Source: Acinetobacter sp. ANC 4169 (GTDB lineage Bacteria > Pseudomonadota > Gammaproteobacteria > Pseudomonadales > Moraxellaceae). Taken from it: a stretch of 40,000 nucleotides of DNA. Positions 17,739 through 24,857 of the stretch are shown here, one piece after another. Made by a program: the position numbers and the translations under genes. The stretch covers positions 81,764 to 121,763 of the forward strand of contig NZ_NEGE01000001.1 of the NCBI RefSeq assembly GCF_002135355.1. The letters are read 5' to 3'. The notes below the pieces were generated by a model. That model was given only the letters and a program-made list of their open reading frames with translations. It was not told the origin of the DNA and did no database searches. Every line of letters starts with the position of its first letter. The stretch's first letter is position 1.

Positions 17739-18776
17739 TTATTTATAACGATTCACCATTTTCTCTAAAGAAATTGGACGAATCTGATCAGCATGACCCG
17801 CTGTACCAAACGCAGTATAACGGTCGATACAGATTTGCTTCATTGCATCTACAGTTGCAGCAAAGAATTTACGTGGATCGAATTCGCTTGGTTTTTCAGC
17901 CATCATACGACGCATTGCACCAGTAGATGCCAAACGTAAATCAGTGTCGATATTGATTTTACGTACACCGTGTTTGATTGCTTCAACCAACTGTTCTACT
18001 GGCACACCATAAGTTTCTTTGATGTCGCCGCCGAATTCATTGATTACAGCCAACCATTCTTGTGGCACAGAGCTAGAACCGTGCATCACAAGATGCGTAT
18101 TTGGTAACGCCGCATGAATTTCTTTAATACGGTCAATCGCCAGAATATCACCTGTAGGTGGACGCGTGAATTTGTACGCACCGTGTGAAGTACCTACAGC
18201 AATCGCCAATGCATCTACATTAGTATCGGCAACAAAGCTACGAGCTTCTTCAACTGAAGTAAGCAGTTGAGAATGGTCAAGAACGCCTTCAGCGCCTACG
18301 CCATCTTCTTCACCAGCCATACCGGTTTCAAGGCTACCCAGACAGCCAATTTCACCTTCAACTGAAACACCACAAGCGTGCGCCATTTGAACTGTACGAC
18401 GAGTTACGTCTACATTGTATTCATAACTTGTAGGCGTTTTACCATCTGCACCCAATGAACCATCCATCATGACTGATGAAAAGCCTAACTGGATCGAGCG
18501 TTGGCATACATCAGGGTCAGTACCATGATCTTGATGCATAACCACTGGAATGTGTGGCCATTCTTCAATTGCAGCTAAAATTAAATGACGTAAGAACGGA
18601 GCCCCTGCATATTTACGAGCACCGGCTGATGCCTGAACGATTACAGGTGAATTGGTTTCATCTGCGGCCAACATAATTGCACGCATTTGTTCTAAGTTGT
18701 TTACGTTGAACGCTGGTACGCCGTAGTTGTGTTCTGCAGCGTGATCCAAGAGCTGGCGCATCGAGATTAGAGCCAT
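17739..18776 (-). CDS. fba: class II fructose-1,6-bisphosphate aldolase
   Basis: 345 aa. AFNVNN.EQ, VI.Q.S.GA, PVV.HQDHG, GEIG..G and HG.SS motifs of class II FBA. Confidence 0.95.
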   Translation of the reverse strand: MALISMRQLLDHAAEHNYGVPAFNVNNLEQMRAIMLAADETNSPVIVQASAGARKYAGAPFLRHLILAAIEEWPHIPVVMHQDHGTDPDVCQRSIQLGFSSVMMDGSLGADGKTPTSYEYNVDVTRRTVQMAHACGVSVEGEIGCLGSLETGMAGEEDGVGAEGVLDHSQLLTSVEEARSFVADTNVDALAIAVGTSHGAYKFTRPPTGDILAIDRIKEIHAALPNTHLVMHGSSSVPQEWLAVINEFGGDIKETYGVPVEQLVEAIKHGVRKINIDTDLRLASTGAMRRMMAEKPSEFDPRKFFAATVDAMKQICIDRYTAFGTAGHADQIRPISLEKMVNRYK

Positions 18777-18849
18777 AATATCCTCCCAGGTAATGCGCCA
18801 TATTCTACATGGACTCAGGTTTCAATTCAGCAACTAAACACACTATTTC

Positions 18850-18880
18850 AAAAAAAATCCCTACTTATGTAGGGACTTTT
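18850..18880 (-). terminator. terminator of the small lipoprotein gene
   Basis: TCCCTAC-TTAT-GTAGGGA flanked by an A-run (plus strand), which is a T-run on the minus strand. Confidence 0.65.
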
Positions 18881-18898
18881 AAATAAAAAACCACAAAC

Positions 18899-19174
18899 CT
18901 ATTGTGCAGTTGCTGTAGAAGCAGCTTCATCGCTAGCGGCAGTCGCTTCATCTGCTGGTGCATTTGCCACTTCAGCGGGTACATCAGTATTTTTTTCATC
19001 CAGAACTGGCTTATCCAGTGCATCAATCGCTTTTTGCTGTTCCGGGGTGGTTTGTTCATCTGCTGCTGCAGAAGCGGCAGTTTCAGTTTTAGGTGCTTCT
19101 TCTTTCTTGGCACAGGCTGTCAAAGCCAAAGGTAAAATCACAAGTGCTGCAAGTGTTAATTTCAGGTTCATCAC
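18899..19174 (-). CDS. small acidic lipoprotein
   Basis: 91 aa. Signal peptide plus lipobox (LALTAC). The mature part is low-complexity and A/E/T/P-rich. Confidence 0.65.
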   Translation of the reverse strand: MMNLKLTLAALVILPLALTACAKKEEAPKTETAASAAADEQTTPEQQKAIDALDKPVLDEKNTDVPAEVANAPADEATAASDEAASTATAQ

Positions 19175-19260
19175 GTTTTCCTACGACAGGAGATCTAATG
19201 AGCAAGATTTTATTGCAGATATATTGCATTTTTATGACTAAAAAATGACTACCCCGAATG

Positions 19261-19288
19261 AAAAAAGGCTGACCGAAGTCAACCTTTT
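19261..19288 (-). terminator. pgk terminator
   Basis: AAGGCTGAC-CGAA-GTCAACCTT (one G-U pair as RNA) preceded by AAAAAA on the plus strand. Confidence 0.7.
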
Positions 19289-19309
19289 GATTGCAGCTAG
19301 ACGGCTTAA

Positions 19310-20497
19310 TTAAGCACGTTCTAAAAGAACTGCAACCGCTGGAAGAGTTTTGCCTTCAACAAATTCAAGGAATGCTCCACCACCTGTTGAGATATAACCA
19401 ATTTTATCAGCAACGTCGTATTTGTCGATTGCCGCTAAAGTATCGCCACCACCTGCAATAGAGAAACCATTAGATTCTGCAATCGCTAAAGATAGTGCTT
19501 TTGTACCTTCACCGAACTGATCCACTTCAAACACGCCTACAGGACCATTCCAAAGAATAGTTTTTGAAGTTTTGATAATTTCAGCAAATGCTTTGGCAGT
19601 TTCTGGACCAACGTCAAGGATCATGTCGTTGTCAGCAACATCTTCAACTTTTTTCACAACTGCTTTAGCCGCAGCTAATGAACCAAGGAAGTCGTCGAAG
19701 TTGATTTCAGATGCATCTGCAACCACAACGTCAGTTGGAAGCGGGACAGATACTTTTGCTGCAATGGCTTTAGCAGTATCGATCAAATCATTTTCGCAAA
19801 GTGATTTACCTACATTGAAACCTGCCGCAGCGAGGAATGTATTGGCAATACCGCCACCGACGATAATTTGATCGCAAATGTCTGAAAGTGAAGTGAGTAC
19901 GTCAAGTTTAGTTGACACTTTAGAACCTGCAACAATCGCCACCATTGGCTTTTCAGGTGTTTTAAGTGCACGGCCTAAAGCATCCAGTTCTGCTGCAAGT
20001 AAAGGACCAGCTGCTGCTACTTTTGCGAAACGCGCCACGCCTTCAGTTGACGCTTCTGCACGGTGTGCGGTACCAAATGCATCCATCACAAATACATCAC
20101 AAAGCGCAGCATATTTTTGTGCAAGTTCAGGGTTGTTTTTCTTTTCACCAGCATTGAAACGGCAGTTTTCAAGAAGTACCACCTGACCCGCTGCAACTTC
20201 AACACCATCCAGATAGTCAGTGAAAAGTTTTACTTCCTGACCCAAAGCTTCAGTCAAATAAGCTGCAACTGGTGCTAAAGATTGTTCAGGTTTTGGCTCA
20301 CCTTCAACCGGACGACCAAGGTGTGAATAAACCATGACTGCTGCACCTTTTTCCAAGGCTGCTTTAATGGTAGGCAATGCTGCGCGTAAACGTGCATCAC
20401 TGGTAATTACACCGTTTTTAACAGGAACGTTTAAATCTTCACGAATTAGTACACGCTTACCTGCCAAATCCAGGTCAGTCATACGCTGAAAGTTCAT
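19310..20497 (-). CDS. pgk: phosphoglycerate kinase
   Basis: 395 aa. RVD.NVP-type N-terminus ([10 protein letters not shown]), SHLGRP, GGGDT and STGGGA.LE motifs. Confidence 0.96.
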   Translation of the reverse strand: MNFQRMTDLDLAGKRVLIREDLNVPVKNGVITSDARLRAALPTIKAALEKGAAVMVYSHLGRPVEGEPKPEQSLAPVAAYLTEALGQEVKLFTDYLDGVEVAAGQVVLLENCRFNAGEKKNNPELAQKYAALCDVFVMDAFGTAHRAEASTEGVARFAKVAAAGPLLAAELDALGRALKTPEKPMVAIVAGSKVSTKLDVLTSLSDICDQIIVGGGIANTFLAAAGFNVGKSLCENDLIDTAKAIAAKVSVPLPTDVVVADASEINFDDFLGSLAAAKAVVKKVEDVADNDMILDVGPETAKAFAEIIKTSKTILWNGPVGVFEVDQFGEGTKALSLAIAESNGFSIAGGGDTLAAIDKYDVADKIGYISTGGGAFLEFVEGKTLPAVAVLLERA

Positions 20498-20638
20498 GTA
20501 TAGCTCACTTTATAGATATAAAAAACGCCCCGATTTTAAATGATTATGTTGAAAAAGGTTAGCTTCTTTTGCATAAAAGCTGTCGAAAGACAAAGTTTTG
20601 ATTATCATAGTCAAAAGCCACATAATGATTTAGAGCTT

Positions 20639-21022
20639 ATGTCTATACACCCAGATCCAAATATCAATCGTTTAAATGTTTTAGGCGAACCCCTGGCAAG
20701 CTGTTGCTATTCTCCTATTACCGGTTATTTTCGTAACGGCTTTTGTCATACGGCGACTACAGATCTTGGTCAGCATACGATGTGTGCACAAATGACCGCT
20801 GAGTTTCTTAATTTTTCGCAAAAAATAGGGAATGACCTGATCACACCTTTGCCAGAGGTTGATTTTCCCGGTTTGGAACCGGGTGATTTCTGGTGCATTT
20901 GTGTGACCCGTTGGGTTGAAGCGTATCAGGCTGGTATCGCTCCCCCTATTAAAATACAAGCTTGCCATCAAGCTGTGCTCTCTTACGTCCCGCTTGATGT
21001 GCTTATGGAATATGCAGTGTAA
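20639..21022 (+). CDS. DUF2237-family protein
   Basis: LNVLGEPLASCC..PITGYFRNGFC......G.HT.CA.MT.EFL.FS...GNDL matches my memory of DUF2237 (about 125 aa). I prefer the ATG at 20639, since the 20540 start adds 33 unrelated residues. Its stop overlaps the maf ATG (TAATG). Confidence 0.7.
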   Translation: MSIHPDPNINRLNVLGEPLASCCYSPITGYFRNGFCHTATTDLGQHTMCAQMTAEFLNFSQKIGNDLITPLPEVDFPGLEPGDFWCICVTRWVEAYQAGIAPPIKIQACHQAVLSYVPLDVLMEYAV

Positions 21023-21615
21023 TGAGTACTCCCCAAATTATTTTGGCTTCAAGCAGTCAAACCCGTAAAGACCTGATGAATCGTCTGCGTATCGACTATC
21101 AAAGCATGGTACCGGATATTGATGAATCCCCTCGTGGTGAAAATCATGCCGACCATTTAGCACAGCGACTGGCTTTTGAAAAAGCTAAAAGGATTGCAGA
21201 ACAATATCCCGAAGCGATTGTGATTGGTTCTGACCAGGTGGCTTGGCGTGAAGGTGCTCCGGATATTTTTATTGGCAAACCGTTAACCGTAGAAAAAGCG
21301 GTAAAACAGTTGCAGGCCAATTCGGACAAAATCGTTTATTTCAGTACCGCATTAAGCGTACAACAGCAATCAAGCGGTTTTGAAAAAACGCTGGTTGAAC
21401 ATTATAAAGTCAAATTCCGTAAACTGGGCCTAGCTGAAATTAAACGTTATATTGAAATTGAGCAGCCTTTAATGTGTGCCGGCAGTTTTAAATGTGAAAG
21501 TCTGGGAATTAGCCTGTTTGAACAGATGACAGGTCAAGATCAAACCACCTTGATGGGTATGCCGATGATTCAGCTGTGTCATATTCTGCGTCAGTTAAAT
21601 GTGCTGGTGCCTTAA
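21022..21615 (+). CDS. maf: Maf-like nucleoside triphosphate pyrophosphatase (YceF type)
   Basis: 197 aa, colinear with E. coli YceF (ILASSS..R..L...L, DE.P, IGSDQV, GKP, CAGSFK.E..GI.LFE, L.G.P.I.LC..LR). Confidence 0.9.
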   Translation: MSTPQIILASSSQTRKDLMNRLRIDYQSMVPDIDESPRGENHADHLAQRLAFEKAKRIAEQYPEAIVIGSDQVAWREGAPDIFIGKPLTVEKAVKQLQANSDKIVYFSTALSVQQQSSGFEKTLVEHYKVKFRKLGLAEIKRYIEIEQPLMCAGSFKCESLGISLFEQMTGQDQTTLMGMPMIQLCHILRQLNVLVP

Positions 21616-21917
21616 TGTTTTTTAATTTTTTAGTCTATTAAAGCTATAAATTCGGCTATTCACTGAGCTGATTAAATTCAACTCAGTGTTCTGCACGCTT
21701 AAGAACCCCTGAATCATGCCCTGTTAAGGGCTCTCATAGAGATGAATTTCATATAAGATATGTTTGGATTAGGTGCTAAAAATACATTCTAATCAATAAA
21801 CGGCGATATTGCCCTAATAGCATAATAATAATCAGAATTGAAAAAATCCCTATATTATAAGGATCAAAACTATCTGCACTTTCAGTATGCTTAAGAAGAT
21901 ATTAAACCTCTAATTTA

Positions 21918-22508
21918 TTAATTTAAACGAGAATAAACTTCTTTTACTTTATCTGCCCAGCTCTCCGATATTTTTGATACTTCTTGCAAAAATTTTGCAG
22001 ATGTATCCAAATCTCTTAGAATATTTTTTATAATTGCTAAATATATTTTATCAATAGGTAGTAGTACTTTAGGAAAACATAAATAAAAATTAGAAACTGC
22101 ATGATAATCTAGCATTTTATCCAAAAATGGAATGCATTTATCTTCAATAATGTTTTTAATTTCTCTAGATAATTCAATTACATTAGTTTCATTAGTTATA
22201 GTCCACCAGAGATCTTTATTATTATTTTTTGTATTATTGATATAACCAATTCTTTCTCTGGGAAAGCAATCAAATTCTGTTATAAATTTCGGGGCCGGTT
22301 CTCCTTTATTAATTCCCCATAACTGAGGATGAAAAACACCCAAGTTTATTGTAAATTGCTGACTGTTATGATCACTATAACGACTTAATTGAAAGTTTAT
22401 GACTTGAATAACACCATTTACCGATCTATTCCAAGTAAAATTTTTTTTCTTAAATCCATACTGTTTTAGTAGCGGAGCAATATCTTTATTAATTAGATCC
22501 TTAAACAT
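21918..22508 (-). CDS. hypothetical protein, DUF4304-like N-terminus
   Basis: MFKDLINKDIAPLLKQYGFKKKNFTWNR...VINFQLSRYS...FTINLGV resembles the remembered DUF4304 signature. Very AT-rich. The longer 22544 start runs into the IS inverted repeat, so I reject it. Confidence 0.5.
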   Translation of the reverse strand: MFKDLINKDIAPLLKQYGFKKKNFTWNRSVNGVIQVINFQLSRYSDHNSQQFTINLGVFHPQLWGINKGEPAPKFITEFDCFPRERIGYINNTKNNNKDLWWTITNETNVIELSREIKNIIEDKCIPFLDKMLDYHAVSNFYLCFPKVLLPIDKIYLAIIKNILRDLDTSAKFLQEVSKISESWADKVKEVYSRLN

Positions 22509-22523
22509 TAGATAACCTATTAT

Positions 22524-22537
22524 GGCACTGTTGCAAA
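22524..22537 (+). repeat. IS6-family 14-bp terminal inverted repeat (left copy)
   Basis: Exact GGCACTGTTGCAAA. Confidence 0.85.
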
Positions 22538-22584
22538 TAACCATTGATGATAAGCTAAATAGTTTTTTAGCTAAAGGTCAGTAT

Positions 22585-22938
22585 ATGAATCCCTTCCATC
22601 GTCGGCATTTTCAGGGTGAGATCATCCTTTGGGCTGTTCGTTGGTATTGTAAATATGGCATTAGCTATCGTGAACTTCAGGAAATGCTTGCCGAACGTGG
22701 TGTGAATGTTAATTACACTACTATTTATCGTTGGGTTCAACGTTATGTTCCTGAAATAGTAAAATGTTTACGCTGGTATTGGTGTAATCCTACAGATCTG
22801 AGCTGATGGCATATTAATGAAACTTATGTAAAAGTAAATGGGCGATGGTCTTATCTGTATCGTGCAGCCGATTAACATGGCTATACTATTGATTTTTATC
22901 TTTCTTCTAGACCTAATACCAAACGCGCCATTTTTTAA
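22585..22938 (+). pseudogene. IS6-family DDE transposase pseudogene (N-terminal ~115 codons, in-frame stops)
   Basis: MNPFHRRHFQGEIILWAVRWYCKYGISYRELQEMLAERGVNVNYTTIYRWVQRY...LRWYW.NP.DLS*WHINETYVKVNGRWSYLYRAAD*HGYTIDFYLSSRPNTKRA closely parallels Tnp26 (MNPFKGRHFQRDIILWAVRWYCKYGISYRELQEMLAERGVNVDHSTIYRWVQRY...WHMDETYVKVNGRWAYLYRAVDSRGRTVDFYLSSRRNSKAA). Stops at 22804-22806 (TGA), 22873-22875 (TAA) and 22936-22938. Confidence 0.85.
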
Positions 22939-23072
22939 ATGCAAATTTATTTTTATTGTTTTAATTTCCCTATGTCCAAGTGATTTAAATAATTTTACAA
23001 CTACTTGCACCTCTCCCTTCGATCATAAGACAATATACTTAATATTGATTTAGATTTGCTTAGGCTATTCTC

Positions 23073-24242
23073 ATGTCCCTACCTTTAGATGTTCTCGGCG
23101 GAATCACCACTGAACAATTCCTTGCTGAATACTGGCAAAAAAAACCATTACTGGTACGTAATGCGCTCCCTGAAATTGCAAATCTTTTAGAACCTGATGA
23201 CGTGATGGAACTGGCGCTAGACGAAAATGTCAGCGCCCGTTTAATCAAGCAAAAGGATAAAGATCCAAATCAATGGTCTGTCAAATCTTCACCTTTAATT
23301 AAAGCTGATTTCCAGAAGATGCCTAAGCTTTGGACACTACTGGTTCAGGCTGTGGATCATTATTCATTTGATCTGGCAGAACTGTGGAAGAAGTTTCCTT
23401 TCATTCCCCAGTGGCGTCGCGATGACATCATGGTGTCTTATGCACCTAAAGGTGGCTCTGTAGGTAAGCACTTCGACTTTTATGACGTGTTTTTGGTACA
23501 AGGCTATGGTCATCGTCGTTGGCAATTGGGACAAATGTGCGATGCGGATACTGACTTCGTTGCAGGACAACCATTAAAATTACTCCCTGAAATGGATGTT
23601 CATTTTGATGAGGTGCTTGCTCCGGGTGATTTGCTGTACGTTCCACCAGGTTTATCGCATTACGGCGTTGCTGAAGATGATTGCCTGACCTTCTCCTTCG
23701 GCTTCCGCATGCCGAATGTGGCGGAAATGATGGATCGCGTCAGTGACAAATTCGCAGACAATCAGCTGCTTAAGAACCCGTTGAAAGATATTCTGCGTGA
23801 CAAAATCAGCCCGATTGGTCAAATCACCCAAAATGAACTGGAGTATTTAAAAACCGAACTTTTGGCTCAATTGCAAAATCCGACTGTGCTTGAAGATGCC
23901 CTGATGAGCCTGATGTCAGAGCCCAAATATCCGGAAAATATTCCAGAGGCAGAAGCGATTGGTAGCGGTGATCTGGAGGAAGCTTTGGAGCAAGGTTATT
24001 CACTTATGCTCGAGCCGGCATCACGTCTGCTTTATACTGAAGATGAAAACGAGTTGCTGTTTTGGGCAAATGGTGAAGGCATTTGTATTTCTGAAGCTTT
24101 TGCCCCACTGTTAAAACAGTTGGCGGATGGCGGTTCGGTATTACTGGATGAAAATCTTTATGATCCAGATATTTTCGAAGATATTGTCAATTTATTAAAT
24201 GAATCAATTCTGATGTTGTTGCCTGCAGCAGATGAAGAATAA
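23073..24242 (+). CDS. roxA: JmjC/cupin ribosomal protein uL16 arginine hydroxylase (RoxA/YcfD)
   Basis: 389 aa, colinear with E. coli YcfD (F....WQK.P...R, WSLLVQAV-type TLLVQAVDH, W..DD.M.S...GG.VG.H.D.YDVF..QG.G.RRW..G, PGD.LY.PPG..H.G.A, S.GFR.PN). Confidence 0.88.
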   Translation: MSLPLDVLGGITTEQFLAEYWQKKPLLVRNALPEIANLLEPDDVMELALDENVSARLIKQKDKDPNQWSVKSSPLIKADFQKMPKLWTLLVQAVDHYSFDLAELWKKFPFIPQWRRDDIMVSYAPKGGSVGKHFDFYDVFLVQGYGHRRWQLGQMCDADTDFVAGQPLKLLPEMDVHFDEVLAPGDLLYVPPGLSHYGVAEDDCLTFSFGFRMPNVAEMMDRVSDKFADNQLLKNPLKDILRDKISPIGQITQNELEYLKTELLAQLQNPTVLEDALMSLMSEPKYPENIPEAEAIGSGDLEEALEQGYSLMLEPASRLLYTEDENELLFWANGEGICISEAFAPLLKQLADGGSVLLDENLYDPDIFEDIVNLLNESILMLLPAADEE

Positions 24243-24254
24243 ATAAAGCTACAA

Positions 24255-24287
24255 AATGGGGAAAATAATGATTTCCCCATTTTTTTA
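24255..24287. terminator. terminator after roxA (hairpin also usable by the convergent disrupted ORF)
   Basis: ATGGGGAAA-ATAATGA-TTTCCCCAT followed by TTTTTTT. Confidence 0.75.
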
Positions 24288-24307
24288 TATTTTTAGAATG
24301 GTCACAT

Positions 24308-24769
24308 TTATTTTTTCGACAGATCAAAAGCAAAATAACTCACAAATTTTAATTTATTGCCTATTTTATAATGAGACGTTGCCAAGTAAATATGTGAACT
24401 GATCTGTACCATTTCATCATGATAACGCCTGACCCACAGTGGGTTATTGGCTAAATTATGATTGATGATTAAAACGGGCTGATCATTAAAAAGTGATTTT
24501 CCGATTTGGGCTTTAAATGAATATCGCTGGATTTCTAGTTTTCCAACCTCCAAGCGATTCAGACCGGTTAACTCTCCGCCAGTGGAAATCTGAAATACTT
24601 TACCTCGCCAGAGCTTTAGTCGTGCAAACCAGGCCAGCTGAATAACCAATCCTTCAGCAATTCCATTTAAAGACTGTAGATTTGGTCACTGACCATTTTT
24701 AAAGAACTGATCTAAATCCTTTACCCTCAGGCTTTTTAAGTCTTCTAATTGCTGAATAACATGATTCAT
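24308..24769 (-). pseudogene. hypothetical gene interrupted by one in-frame TGA (possibly GXWXG/DUF4334-like)
   Basis: The minus-strand ATG at 24769 gives MNHVIQQLEDLKSLRVKDLDQFFKNGQ, then TGA (24688-24686). The same frame continues PNLQSLNGIAEGLVIQLAWFARLKLWRGKVF... to the stop at 24308. The ORF-track entry 24308..24649 is the downstream part, with a TTG pseudo-start. Confidence 0.6.
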
Positions 24770-24857
24770 GAGAATTAATCTTCTGTGAGCACTATAATTA
24801 ATTTTTATAAAAAATAATTGAACGCATATTGATATCTTATATCCATATCACTAACGA

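Larger units (their letters stand above)
22524..22938 (+). mobile_element. IS6/IS26-family insertion sequence remnant (left end only)
   Basis: The terminal repeat GGCACTGTTGCAAA (22524-22537) is identical to the IS26-family IR. It is followed by a degraded transposase reading frame. I found no right-hand IR (TTTGCAACAGTGCC) in the window. Confidence 0.85.

Noticed and set aside
18865-19135. ORFs 18865..19113(-) and 18902..19135(+) overlap the lipoprotein gene.
   Set aside because: They are frame and strand shadows of a low-complexity GC-skewed segment. Only the 18899..19174 frame has a signal peptide plus lipobox and sensible start and terminator context.
22506-22537. An IS26-style hybrid promoter, with the TTGCAA -35 in the IR facing outward, might drive the DUF4304-like ORF.
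   Set aside because: TTGCAA (22536-22531, minus strand) is only 22 nt from the ATG. The hexamer at the correct 17-nt spacing is ATCTAA (poor), and CATAAT lies only 6 nt away. The geometry does not support a functional promoter with a translatable leader.
21654-23070. An 8-bp direct repeat GGCTATTC (21654-21661 and 23063-23070) flanks the AT-rich insertion and might be an IS6-type 8-bp target-site duplication.
   Set aside because: Neither copy abuts an IS terminal repeat; the 8 bp next to the IR are CCTATTAT. A chance 8-mer match between two stretches of a few hundred bp is expected at roughly even odds.
24686-24688. The in-frame TGA could be a selenocysteine or programmed-readthrough codon.
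   Set aside because: I could fold no SECIS-like hairpin from the sequence immediately downstream of the UGA (CCAAAUCUACAGUCUUUAAAUGG...). I also know of no Sec machinery typical of this lineage. A simple TGG-to-TGA nonsense mutation or a sequencing error is more parsimonious.
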